Shown here in pieces: positions 1 to 9,894 of a stretch of DNA of 64,000 bases. The stretch covers positions 32,001 to 96,000 of the forward strand of contig CAWFQB010000006.1 of the NCBI GenBank assembly GCA_963817895.1, given 5' to 3'. Position numbers and translations under genes: made by a program. The stretch is from an uncultured Chthonomonadaceae bacterium (GTDB taxonomy: Bacteria > Armatimonadota > Chthonomonadetes > Chthonomonadales > Chthonomonadaceae). Each line of letters begins with the position of its first letter. The stretch's first letter is position 1. The notes beneath the pieces were generated by a model. The model was given only the letters and a program-made list of their open reading frames with translations. It had not been told where the DNA came from and did not search any database.

Positions 1-2251
1 CAATGCCGTCAAGCAGGAATTGGACGCGCTCAAACCGGACTTGCCGAAGGATTTGAAACTGGTTGTTTTGCGCGACGATGGCGAAACGGTCGGAGAAGCC
101 CTGAGCGATGTGGATACCAGTCTGGTTTTGGGCGCGCTGCTTGCCGTCACGGTGATTCTGCTGTTTCTGCACAATCTGCGCGGCACGTTTATCGTCGCGC
201 TTGCCATTCCCGCGTGTATGGTGGCGACGTTTCTGGTGATGTACATTGCCGACTTCACCCTGAATCAGATGACGCTGCTGGCATTGTCCCTATCCGTTGG
301 TATTCTGGTAGACGACAGCATCGTGGTGTTGGAAAGCATCACGCGGCATTTGAATCAGGGCGAATCGCCCCACGAAGCCGCCATCAACGGACGGTCGGAA
401 ATCGGCTTCGCGGACATTACGACAACGCTGGTGGATGTGGTCGTGTACGTGCCGATAGCGTTCATGGGCGGCATTGTGGGCGGCTTTTTCAAGCAGTTCG
501 GCCTGTGCATCGCAACCGCAACCCTGTTTTCGCTGATTGTCTCGTTTTCGCTGACGCCCATGCTGGCGGCGCGGTGGTACAAACAGGGCGAAAATCTGGA
601 ACACAAGCGCGGCCTATACGCCCTGCTGGACAAGTTATATCTAGGATTGGAGGTTCGTTATCGGCGCGTTATCGGGTGGGCGCTGCATCGCCGCTGGATT
701 GTGCTGCTTGTAAGCGTTTTGGCGCTTGGCGGCATCTTTGTGGTCGCGTTCACGCATCTTGGGTTTGAATTTTTGCCCGGTTCGGATCAGGGGCAAATCG
801 CTATCAGCGTGGAATTGCCGCCCGGAACCAGTCTGGACGCGACCACGCAGGCGGCGAAGCGGGTCGAGCAGGCGATAGGGCAACGGGCGGATGTGACCGC
901 CTCGGTAACAAACGTGGGGCAGATTTTGGGCGGCTTCGGTTCCATACCGCAGCAGGGAGCGCAGTACGCGCAAATCAACCTGCGACTGGCGGATAAGGCA
1001 ACCCTGCTGGACAGGATACGCCATTCGGAACGTCGCCTGCGCAATCAATCGGATCAGGAAATCACCACGCAGTTACGCAAGCAGTTGAAGCCGCTGGAAA
1101 CAACCCTGGGCAGCAAGATTAGCGTGTCTGCGGTGCGTTCCGTGACGGGCATATCGCTGCCGGTCAACATCCAATTGCGCGGCTCGGACGTGAACCAACT
1201 CGCTAAATTCGCCGAACAGGTGCGCGACGAAATGAAAACCATGCCGGAACTGCTCGACCCGGACGTGTCCTCGCGCAGCGGCAAGCCGGAAGTGCGGGCG
1301 CAGATTGACCCGGTTCGGGCGGCGCAGTTGAACGTTCCCCCGGCCTTCGCGGGAGCCATTGTGCGCGACGCCATTGCGGGCAACACGGACGCGGTTTACC
1401 GGGATGCCGGGTTGGGCGACGAGTTTCCCATTCGGGTACGCCTTGCGGACGTGGATCGCGACGATCCCGCTGACGTAGGCAATGTGGTTGTGGGCTATGA
1501 CACGAGTGGCAATGGGGTTGCTCTTGCGGACGTGGCCGACATTCGGACGGAAACCGGGCCGAGCGCGATTGAGCGCAACAACGGGCAGCGCATGATTACG
1601 GTCACGGCCAATCTCGCGCCGGGTATTCCGCTTGGCAACGCCCAGCAGCGAATTCAGCGCGAAGTTTTGGACAAACTGCCGCACCCCAACATTAACATTC
1701 ACTGGAGCGGCGAAACAGAAACCCTCAACGAAAACGCCATTCCGTTCGCGACCGCGCTGATACTGGCGGGCATTCTGGTCTACATCGTAATGGCCTCCCT
1801 GTTCAACAATTTAGGCACGCCGTTCGTGATTATGTTCGCCCTGCCCATAGCCTTAGTGGGCGCGTTGGGCGCGTTGGTAATCACGGGCGAAACCATGTCG
1901 CTGATCGCGGCCATTGGCATTATCATGCTTGTCGGCCTGATGGGGCGCAACGGAATTCTGTTGCTGGACTACGCCAATACCCTGCGTTCGCGCGGTCTGG
2001 AACGCAATGAAGCCCTGATGGAAGCCGGAGCCACCCGCCTGCGCCCCATTCTGATGACCACAACCGCCACCATTGTCGGCATGATTCCCGTCGCCCTGCG
2101 CATCGGCAAAGCGAGTGAAGTACGCGCGCCGATGGCGATAGTGGTAATCGGCGGCCTGCTCGTATCCACCGTCCTCACCCTCGTTCTCATCCCCGTCCTC
2201 TACTCCCTCTACGACGATGTAACCGGTAAAAAGCCTCCGGTTCAGGATTGA
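1..2251 (+). CDS. RND efflux permease, AcrB/AcrD/AcrF family (5'-truncated by window edge)
   Basis: Motifs GILVDDSIVVLE, SLTPMLAAR, RNGILLLDY, RLRPILMTT and multiple TM helices. Confidence 0.95.
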   Translation, partial: NAVKQELDALKPDLPKDLKLVVLRDDGETVGEALSDVDTSLVLGALLAVTVILLFLHNLRGTFIVALAIPACMVATFLVMYIADFTLNQMTLLALSLSVGILVDDSIVVLESITRHLNQGESPHEAAINGRSEIGFADITTTLVDVVVYVPIAFMGGIVGGFFKQFGLCIATATLFSLIVSFSLTPMLAARWYKQGENLEHKRGLYALLDKLYLGLEVRYRRVIGWALHRRWIVLLVSVLALGGIFVVAFTHLGFEFLPGSDQGQIAISVELPPGTSLDATTQAAKRVEQAIGQRADVTASVTNVGQILGGFGSIPQQGAQYAQINLRLADKATLLDRIRHSERRLRNQSDQEITTQLRKQLKPLETTLGSKISVSAVRSVTGISLPVNIQLRGSDVNQLAKFAEQVRDEMKTMPELLDPDVSSRSGKPEVRAQIDPVRAAQLNVPPAFAGAIVRDAIAGNTDAVYRDAGLGDEFPIRVRLADVDRDDPADVGNVVVGYDTSGNGVALADVADIRTETGPSAIERNNGQRMITVTANLAPGIPLGNAQQRIQREVLDKLPHPNINIHWSGETETLNENAIPFATALILAGILVYIVMASLFNNLGTPFVIMFALPIALVGALGALVITGETMSLIAAIGIIMLVGLMGRNGILLLDYANTLRSRGLERNEALMEAGATRLRPILMTTTATIVGMIPVALRIGKASEVRAPMAIVVIGGLLVSTVLTLVLIPVLYSLYDDVTGKKPPVQD

Positions 2252-2334
2252 AGCGGCAACATTGACCGCCTGCAATTTGTGCGTTATAATGAACCAAGAA
2301 CGAACAATGAATATCGTGATGGAGGATTAGAATC

Positions 2335-2601
2335 ATGGTAGCTGTCAACATTTCCCTTCCCGACCAGTTGAAGCAGTACGTAGATACCCGGCTCAATGAG
2401 GGCGGCTACAACGACACCAGCGCGTTTATCCATGACCTGATTTCCGCAGACCAGAAACGGCGGGCGCAGGAGCGTCTGGAAATGCTGCTTCAGGAGGGGC
2501 TTGACAGTGGGGAACCGATTGAACTGACCGATGAGACGGTTCAGCAGATGCGCAGGGAGTTGATAGAACGCATCAGCAAGGACACAGCCAGTGGCAACTA
2601 A
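2335..2601 (+). CDS. ParD-family RHH antitoxin
   Basis: MVAVNISLPDQLKQYVD...GGY..SAFIHDLI...LLQEGLDSG; GGAGG RBS. Confidence 0.8.
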   Translation: MVAVNISLPDQLKQYVDTRLNEGGYNDTSAFIHDLISADQKRRAQERLEMLLQEGLDSGEPIELTDETVQQMRRELIERISKDTASGN

Positions 2602-2812
2602 ACGTATAAAAGTCCAGTCGCAGGCCAGATTTAGTGCCAATCAAGAGCAGGATGAAATTCGCCGTTTGCGGCTGGAAGAACTACACCGGGAGATTGGTCG
2701 TGGCGAGGAAAGTTTGACGCGAGGCGAATCGCGCGTGTTTCACTCCGGCGAGGAACTTGCGGCGCATATTGAAGCCGCAGGGCAGAAACTTCTCGGTGAG
2801 AAGTTGGCATGA
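2591..2812 (+). CDS. small protein resembling the C-terminal half of a ParD antitoxin
   Basis: RLEELHREIGRGEESLTRGE pattern; overlaps both neighbours. Confidence 0.45.
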   Translation: MATKRIKVQSQARFSANQEQDEIRRLRLEELHREIGRGEESLTRGESRVFHSGEELAAHIEAAGQKLLGEKLA

Positions 2813-3616
2813 ATGACATGGACGAATTAGAACTATTGCGGCAACGCGTTCAACAACTGGAAAAAGAACTGGCCGAAGCGCGTCAAGTTCAGTCAATGGA
2901 TCGAATTTCGCCAATTGAATTGTATAAAATGCGCGCGTTTCTTACGCCATTGAAAGGATTTGTTCGCACTCTGCTCGACGACGAAAAAGAGGAGTGGTAT
3001 ACCCGCGAAGACCGCCGTGAGTTTTATACCATTTTGGAAGAAAACATTGATCGGCTGTCTGATCTTAATAGGGTTTGGCAGGGTGGAAAGAAAGAAGCAC
3101 TGCCCTCTGGTCTTGATATGTACTGGCAAGCCGATGTAGATGTACGCAAAATCGTGGAAAGCGTTGTTGCCGTACATCAAAGACAAACTAATAAGCATAC
3201 GCTGGTAGTTGATTTTGAGCCTCAGCAAATTTTGGTTGAAGCCGATGCGGGAAAACTTGAGATTCTTCTGGATACTCTGGATTGCCAATGCAATCAAATA
3301 TTCACCGGACGGGGGAGAAGTTCGGATTCGCGCTCGTCTGGAACCGCCGAATACCGAATGGGCGTGTGGAACGCTTCTGCTGCAAGTGAAGGATCAAGGG
3401 CTTGGGTTGAGTAAATCCGAGTTGAAACCAGTAGGTCATATATTTATCACTCCAAAACAGGGACAGCGCAACCCGGATGCTTCCAAGGGGCTGTGGCAGA
3501 CCAAAGGCATCATCAAGGCGCATCATGGCAAATTCCGGCTTGAAAGTGAGGGACATGGGAAAGGCTTAACCTTCAACGTCCGTATGCCCATGAAGCAGCC
3601 AGAGGCAGAAGATTAG
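2809..3616 (+). CDS. degenerate histidine kinase (HisKA-like + HATPase), frameshift near 3270-3285
   Basis: LTPLKGFVRTLL...DRLSDL in ORF 2809-3414; NAIKYSPDGG, VKDQGLG, ESEGHGKGLTF in ORF 3209-3616. Confidence 0.75.
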
Positions 3617-3711
3617 AACCTGAATGATGGAATACAGGAGAAGTCTATGACATTGACTATTGAACTTATGCTGGAACAGGAAGCGCAACTTACAAGATGG
3701 ACAGGTGAAAA

Positions 3712-4272
3712 TTATATCTCTGCTTGATGAGGCTGAAGCAGGCTGACTGTCTTGTAAAGTCCACACTGGACCAGAGTTGCAAGGTACTCTTCAACGGTTT
3801 TGGGTGGGTTTACCAATGCCTCACGATGGCGCTTGACTAATTGTACAAATTGCAGCGGGTCGGCTTTATACAGACCTGCCGCAAAATCGTCCGGGTGAAC
3901 GGCCTGCACATGGTAAGCGGCAAGAATCTTCGCGGGAAAGTCCGACAGGTTGAAAGTGACGATCACGGGAGCCTGCGCGGTGATGGCAGCGGCGAGTACA
4001 TGCCGGTCATTGGCATCAGGAAGCGTCAGGGTAGGAATCAGTGTTTCATAACCCGTCACCAGACACTTCCCGCCATGAAGGTTCATCAGGTCGCGTGTGC
4101 GCGTAAGTTGCGCCAATGTCACATCCGGGCGATCCGCCAGCACGTTACGTATCCATTCCTCATGGATGGTGTCCGTCCATTTTGGCTGATACAGCCTAAC
4201 CGCCAGACGCATAAAGAAGTCTCGCAAGGCAGCCGGATAGAGAACGCAAGCATCTAAAACAGCCGCCTGCAT
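3712..4272 (-). CDS. PIN-domain toxin (VapC-like, PIN_3 type)
   Basis: AVLDACVL...LPDANDRHVLAAA...IVTFNLSDF. Confidence 0.9.
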   Translation of the reverse strand: MQAAVLDACVLYPAALRDFFMRLAVRLYQPKWTDTIHEEWIRNVLADRPDVTLAQLTRTRDLMNLHGGKCLVTGYETLIPTLTLPDANDRHVLAAAITAQAPVIVTFNLSDFPAKILAAYHVQAVHPDDFAAGLYKADPLQFVQLVKRHREALVNPPKTVEEYLATLVQCGLYKTVSLLQPHQAEI

Positions 4273-4748
4273 CAGTACATTCCCAACTTCTGCGCTTCCG
4301 CAACCAGTTCGTCCAAGCCCCGATGCCGTTCCGCTTCCTCTTGTTCTTTGTAGCGCAGTAAGTCGTTTAGCGTTACACGCCGCCGCGAACCTACTTTGCG
4401 AAAGGGAATTTTGCCTTGTTCCAGCAGTTTGACAACATAAGGGCGTGAAACATTCAGGAAGTCAGCAGCCTGTTGCGTGGTAACTTCAGTATCCGTAGTC
4501 AGCACCACAATATTCTTACCGTAGCCCAATTCTCGCAGGATTGTGGAAAGCAGAGGGAGAACAGCGTTGGGCAAAGTAATTTCGGCCTGTTGCTCATCGG
4601 CCTGTTCTATATTCACGCGCAGAGTTGCGTTTTGAAACTTTTGTTTCGCTTTGCCCAAATCGTGCAGCAGCGCAATGCCGGATTCGTTGGCAAGGCGCGC
4701 TTCGTCTTGTGAAAGAGGGTTACTGGCATATTGGCCTAAAATTTGCAT
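4272..4748 (-). CDS. excisionase-type HTH DNA-binding protein (antitoxin partner of the PIN gene)
   Basis: VTTQQAADFLNVSRPYVVKLLEQGKIPFRKVGSRRR; GGAG RBS before ATG at 4748; coupled to the PIN gene. Confidence 0.88.
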   Translation of the reverse strand: MQILGQYASNPLSQDEARLANESGIALLHDLGKAKQKFQNATLRVNIEQADEQQAEITLPNAVLPLLSTILRELGYGKNIVVLTTDTEVTTQQAADFLNVSRPYVVKLLEQGKIPFRKVGSRRRVTLNDLLRYKEQEEAERHRGLDELVAEAQKLGMY

Positions 4749-5060
4749 GATTGTCTCCTGCCCTATTATACGAAATAAGCGAAAAGAACGCAAGGAACGA
4801 AACACAAATAGTGGAGCAATGTTGCTGAAATTCGCCGTAGTTAGTAGAATGAGACAGGAAAAATTATGGCACTAACATCGTATAGAGGAGGAAATCAGCC
4901 CTTTTGTATAGAAATGGCAGCCACCTGCGATAGTGGCCGTCCGCCTTTTCATAAAACGTTTGTACTCATTCAATTATTTCTGTATAGCGAAAACTGGCGA
5001 TACTTCTTCACAGAACACGCCGGACGGTCAGCGGGTGAAAGGGAAAGGTGACTCTTGTTG

Positions 5061-5540
5061 ATGTACCGAAACCGATCTATTCTGAGCGCGGGGTTTTTTG
5101 TCGCGCTGCCGTTGTGCGTGTTGCTGGCGGCGGGGTGTTCCAAATCGCCGGATGCGGCAACCTCCCCAACTTCTTCCGGTTCTGCTTCTGACGCGCCGAT
5201 GCCGGGCGGGGGTGGAGGAGCGGGACAAAACGGCGGCGGGCCGGGTGGGGGCATGCGCGGCGGTGGCGGACCCGGAGGCGGCGGGATGCGCGGCGGTGGG
5301 CGCGGTGGCCCGGTTGCCGAAAACGCGACGGGCGTGGAGATTTATCAGGCGAAATGCAACTGTCACGGGCCGGAAGGCAAAGGCGGACGCGCCCCGGTAC
5401 TGACGAGCGTTGCCAGCCGCTCGGATGAGGATTTAACGAAAATCATCCATGACGGACACGACAAAATGCCGGCTTTTAGTACGCAGTTGTCAGACGCGCA
5501 GATTACAAAGGTCGTCGCGTATCTCAAACAACTCAAATAA
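5061..5540 (+). CDS. lipoprotein class I cytochrome c with Gly-rich linker and atypical CNCH heme motif
   Basis: Lipobox LAAGC; G.EIYQAKCNCHG; distal KMPAF...LSDAQI..VVAYL. Confidence 0.8.
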   Translation: MYRNRSILSAGFFVALPLCVLLAAGCSKSPDAATSPTSSGSASDAPMPGGGGGAGQNGGGPGGGMRGGGGPGGGGMRGGGRGGPVAENATGVEIYQAKCNCHGPEGKGGRAPVLTSVASRSDEDLTKIIHDGHDKMPAFSTQLSDAQITKVVAYLKQLK

Positions 5541-5563
5541 CTCCTGTGTTCTTGCGAAAGTCG

Positions 5564-5596
5564 GACGCGCAACTCATTGCCAGTGAGTTGCGCGTC
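5564..5596. terminator. 13-bp hairpin between convergent genes
   Basis: GACGCGCAACTCA-N7-TGAGTTGCGCGTC. Confidence 0.6.
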
Positions 5597-5654
5597 TCAT
5601 CTTATGAGAGGGTTGTCTATGGGAAGAACTGGTTTGTGCCAGTAGGCAAAGTTC

Positions 5655-8330
5655 TCAATACTTTCTTTGCTCTTCCAGACGGGCCGCGAACGTGCCGATC
5701 ATAGCGTTGAACGGGCCGATGAGACTGGCGCGGCGGTCGTATTCGTTGCGAGATGGGTCGCCATACGTATAGATGAACACGATGGGATTGCCGGGTTGCA
5801 GCGATTTCAGGTTGGGGCGGTCGGGCGGAATATGGCCCGGAATGTACTCGATGCGCAGCGTTGGATTTTCCATACCCTTGCTGCCGGGGCGTTTATCGGT
5901 GTCGGGATCATACACGGCCAGCGAAATGAACTTCTTCTGCAAGGCCAGCGGCAGTTTGTTGGCCTGTAGTTCTTTGCCATTGATTAATTCCCAGCGCATT
6001 TCGGCGGGAACAGTCGCCAGAAACCGCCAGTGGTCGCGCAGGTTGGTGGAGCGGGCATAGTTCCATTCCTGTAAATTGTACATGGCAAGCGCCCCTTCAA
6101 ACGTTGTCAGCGCGTCCAGTTGCGTATTGGACAACTGCCCTATTTCCGTTAAATCATCCAGTGTCAGGACGCCGTGTTCGCGCCGGGACGCGGCCCATCG
6201 CGCCAGTTTACGGGCAGGCACTTCTTTGGGACGGTCATAAAACCAGCTTGTGCTGCGGAACGTGAGCCAGTCGCCATCCCGCGTCCAGCGCTCGTGCAGG
6301 GTATCGCCCAACCGGTTCAGCGCGTCGAAAACGGTCGCGTTAGTTTCCGTCACTTTGGCGGGCGCGTACAGTCGCGTGTAAGCATCGCCAATCACGTCCT
6401 TCCCGGTTGCCTTGAAAATGGCTTCCAACACATCCCCGGTCACGCATTTCTTACCCGCGAGTTCACTCATGCCCTCCACATCCGGTATATTCGCGCCAAA
6501 TTCCAGTTTGCAGGAGGGCTGCGGTTCAATCGTAACCTGCTTTTGCAGGTCGGCGTCGTGGGCGTGTTTCGCGTTGGCAAGCGCGTTTTGCGGACTGGAA
6601 ATGGCGGGGCTGCTCACCTCCGCGAACGTGATGCCGTGTCCGATACCATCCTTGCCGCCGTCCGTTGTGACGTTCAGATTGATGTCGCCTTTCAGCGTCA
6701 ACTTTCCCAACTGGCTGCGATCCAGTTTTAGTTCCGACGTTATGTTGATTGCTTTCGCGCTGGAAAGGGGCAGGCTGTCGGCGGGAATATTATGCGACAT
6801 CAGGGGCGGGCCGGACGCGCCCGGATGCGGATTGATGCGCGTGTCCTCAAACGATTTCAGGATTTCCGGTCGGAGCGCGGCGGGCAGACTTCGGCTGCCG
6901 TTTTCCCCGGACATAGAGAAACTGAGCGGCTGCCCGGTTCTCAATAACTGCATGTCTTCGGGCGACAGGCCAAAGTACAGGTTTGCGGGCAGCCAGCCGC
7001 CATACGCGAGGGGGAACACGTTGATGGCGTCTTCGGGCTTCAGGGTTTTTTCCAGATCGCGCAGTCGGGAGGCGTCCATTCCTTTGTAGCGCCGGTACTT
7101 CTCCATGGCTTTATCCAGCGCAATCAACGCCTCGTCCTGATCCTGATTCCGCGCCTCCTCTTCCAGCAGTTGTGACCGCGTGGATTGCGTGAGTTCGTAC
7201 TTATACGCGCCTTCTACCCCTTCGCGCAGCCACTGAAAGCCGAAATGCTTGCTGATCTGCCCCATGATGTCGCGAACCGGACGCTCGTGGCAATAAATCG
7301 TGACGTTATCATCCGCAACCCGTGAGTTGGCGACAAGCGTAAGCCCGGTTTCTTCGCTGATCTGTTTCAGCAGCGCGGACAGCGCCATTTCCTTGACGCC
7401 AAGCCGGATTTTACGGGCAAGCCGCGTATCCACAATCGCCTTTGCCTGCGCGTAAACCTCAAGAGCCGCCCGTAATGCGGGTTTCCCTCCTCCGGCGAGT
7501 TGCGGCAGGGGAACAGTCACGAAATCATCTCCCTTGCGCGAAGCGGCAATCAGGAGCGCGACTTCGGCTTCCAGGGCGTGGGATTTGACGGGCGAAGCCG
7601 ATGTCCAGCGTTCCATAGTTTCGGCGGGTGAAGAGTTCAGGAAGGCAAGGTCATCCTGAGCCGCAACTGTCCGACGGGTATTCTGTTCGGGCTTTGTTCC
7701 TATCTGCCGTTCAATTTCAACAATGGCTTTGCGCGGCATTGATATTCGCGTCCGGCTAGTTTCTTGCGTCGTTTCGGTGAGCGCGGGAGAAAGAGCGATA
7801 TGCGTGGTCACAATGTTGGGTTGGCTCGATACTGTTTTTTTCTGCGCGACCGGGTGAGCGCGTAACTGTACAATGGCCGGCAAGGTTATCGCCTGTTCTG
7901 GATTACTACAGCAAGCTGAAATGTCTTGCGCGAGAACAGACGGCGCAACAGCGGGAACGTCCTGCGAATTTGTCCACACGCGCGGCATCCACAAGGCCAA
8001 TCCAGTTATACTTGCAAGCGCCACGCCCATTCCTGCCAGATACCTCACCCCAACCCCTCTTCTTGCCGCTCGTTCCTCACTAAAAGAGGGGCTATTTTGT
8101 TGCAATTGCAGGCGCAGGGTTTCCCATGTAGCCTGTGAGGTTGGCTGCGGTTGCTGAAGCGCGGTTGTCGCAAGATTTACTGCACGACGGTATTCGGCTG
8201 CCTGTGCGCTGCAATCCGCGCACTGCCGCAAGTGCTGTTCCAGCGCCGTTTTCTGTGACGCAGGCAGGCGATCCAGAGCGTAATCAAGCCAGTAGGACGA
8301 CCATTGTTTACATTTCCATCGCGCGAACAT
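5655..8330 (-). CDS. large anti-sigma factor-like protein: zf-HC2 zinc finger, TM helix, long extracytoplasmic region with STN-like segment
   Basis: HLRQCADC (HxxxCxxC); hydrophobic segment YLAGMGVALASITGLALWM; directly downstream of ECF sigma. Confidence 0.75.
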   Translation of the reverse strand: MFARWKCKQWSSYWLDYALDRLPASQKTALEQHLRQCADCSAQAAEYRRAVNLATTALQQPQPTSQATWETLRLQLQQNSPSFSEERAARRGVGVRYLAGMGVALASITGLALWMPRVWTNSQDVPAVAPSVLAQDISACCSNPEQAITLPAIVQLRAHPVAQKKTVSSQPNIVTTHIALSPALTETTQETSRTRISMPRKAIVEIERQIGTKPEQNTRRTVAAQDDLAFLNSSPAETMERWTSASPVKSHALEAEVALLIAASRKGDDFVTVPLPQLAGGGKPALRAALEVYAQAKAIVDTRLARKIRLGVKEMALSALLKQISEETGLTLVANSRVADDNVTIYCHERPVRDIMGQISKHFGFQWLREGVEGAYKYELTQSTRSQLLEEEARNQDQDEALIALDKAMEKYRRYKGMDASRLRDLEKTLKPEDAINVFPLAYGGWLPANLYFGLSPEDMQLLRTGQPLSFSMSGENGSRSLPAALRPEILKSFEDTRINPHPGASGPPLMSHNIPADSLPLSSAKAINITSELKLDRSQLGKLTLKGDINLNVTTDGGKDGIGHGITFAEVSSPAISSPQNALANAKHAHDADLQKQVTIEPQPSCKLEFGANIPDVEGMSELAGKKCVTGDVLEAIFKATGKDVIGDAYTRLYAPAKVTETNATVFDALNRLGDTLHERWTRDGDWLTFRSTSWFYDRPKEVPARKLARWAASRREHGVLTLDDLTEIGQLSNTQLDALTTFEGALAMYNLQEWNYARSTNLRDHWRFLATVPAEMRWELINGKELQANKLPLALQKKFISLAVYDPDTDKRPGSKGMENPTLRIEYIPGHIPPDRPNLKSLQPGNPIVFIYTYGDPSRNEYDRRASLIGPFNAMIGTFAARLEEQRKY

Positions 8331-8360
8331 GGTTTGCTCCCTTAGAATAGTGAGGAACAC

Positions 8361-8425
8361 TGAACGCTGAACGATGAATAGTATTCTGCCACTTATTCAT
8401 CCTTCATCCCTCATCCTTCATCCTT
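8361..8425. repeat. heptamer tandem repeats (TGAACGM and TTCATCC units)
   Basis: tgaacgctgaacgatgaata...tattcatccttcatccctcatccttcatcc; supplies the last codons and stop of the sigma gene. Confidence 0.75.
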
Positions 8426-9037
8426 TATTATGGCGGTGACGCGCGCTTTGTATTGATGCGTGGCGCGGAGAACGCGCATTTTGGCGGTTGTGGGCGCACA
8501 TCCCAGAATTTGCCCGATTTGTTTGTAGTCCAACCCCTCCACAATGTGCAAAACAATCACGCTGCGCTGTGGAAGGGGCATGGCTTGCAGGACGCGCATC
8601 AGGATTTGCAGCGTGTCAGCGCGATCCAGAATGGAGTGTGGGTCATTGCCGGACACATGGGGCAGATAGTGCTGCGCCTTCTGTGGGTCGAACGAAATCT
8701 CCCCGCGCTTCTGCCGATGTTTCAGGCGGTCATAGCACAGGTTGCCGCAAATGCGCAGCAGCCACGTCAGGAGTGAACTGTCACGGCGAAAGGTGTGCAG
8801 GGCGCGATACGCGCGTAAAAATGTCTCCTGCTTTATGTCGTCGGCATCCTCATGGTGTCCAGTCAGGTAGAACGCATGGCGAAAAACCGCGTCGCTATAG
8901 CTGGCGTAGACCTGCCCGAAAGCATCCAGATTTCCCGCGACACACTGCGCAATCAACCGCGTGTCCGGGGTTATCGGCTTTTCTTGCGAGTTCACGGTCA
9001 ATTTCGTGTCCACATCGGTTTTCGAGGCCGTCATCAT
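8411..9037 (-). CDS. ECF RNA polymerase sigma factor
   Basis: DADDIKQETFLRAY...F...SSLLTWLLRI..N...D; region 4 EGLDYKQIGQILG. Confidence 0.93.
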   Translation of the reverse strand: MMTASKTDVDTKLTVNSQEKPITPDTRLIAQCVAGNLDAFGQVYASYSDAVFRHAFYLTGHHEDADDIKQETFLRAYRALHTFRRDSSLLTWLLRICGNLCYDRLKHRQKRGEISFDPQKAQHYLPHVSGNDPHSILDRADTLQILMRVLQAMPLPQRSVIVLHIVEGLDYKQIGQILGCAPTTAKMRVLRATHQYKARVTAIIKDEG

Positions 9038-9161
9038 GCCTGTGTTTTCTCCTGTCTCTGCTATAGACTGCGCATCGGGGAAAGCGCAACAGGAAAATGT
9101 AGGTTTTAGAGGTTTATGTTTTTAGGGTTCTAAGGGTCGGTAAATTTATAAGTTCCCAAAA

Positions 9162-9740
9162 TCAAGCGGGCAATTCCATGGTGCGCGGACGTAGGGTGTA
9201 GTTCCATTGCGGACACACTTCATGCCTGGTCAGGTTCCGCGCGGCCATAACCTCTTCGGCGACAGTAATGCCTTTCCGGGACACTTGTGTCACCAGATGC
9301 GCGGTGACTTTCAAGCCCGTTGCGGTACTCGTCTGGCGCAAGTAGTCCAACCCCACTTCGTAATCGCGCAGGGGACATCGCGCCCATGTCTTGTTGCTCT
9401 CGCGCAACACGCGATGTTCAATCGGGTTCCACCTGGAGCCGCCCGTCGGCAAGTGGCATACGGTCACTTCCAGGCTCAGGCGGTGGGCAATCTTCTCTTG
9501 CAACTGCTGCTTCCAGAGTTTACAGCGATAGCCGTTACTGCCGCCGCAGTCGCTGTGCCGCAGCAAGGAGGTGGCATAGGGGGAACGCGCGGGCATCTCG
9601 GTTTCGCGCCGGGTGTCCACTGCGGGCGTAGCCGAAGAAGGACAGCGCGCCAGATTGTCTACGGCGAACTCGCCCGTGTCGCCTGATTGCCCGACGTACA
9701 CCGTCGCCTGATTGCCCGCGATGTCGTACACGCCATAAGG
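9162..9740 (-). mobile_element. ISAzo13-family transposase remnant (3' part only)
   Basis: DCGGSNGYRCKLWK.QLQ...VTVCHLPTGGSRWNPIEHR...TGLKV...WNYT; N-terminal half missing. Confidence 0.85.
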
Positions 9741-9894
9741 AACCGCGCCTGTATGTCGACGCGCCGGAACCCCGCGCCACGGAAGACTTCGACATCGTAC
9801 TCAAACTCAGCCTGCTGGCGGATGTGGCGAAGATGCAGCGGTTTGAATGCAGGCAACACAAATCTACGACACGGCAAATCCGTCTCGACCACAA

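Noticed and set aside
9741..9894. Short ORF fragments between the ISAzo13 remnant and MOSC gene
   Set aside because: No recognisable domain or start signal; probably debris from the insertion.
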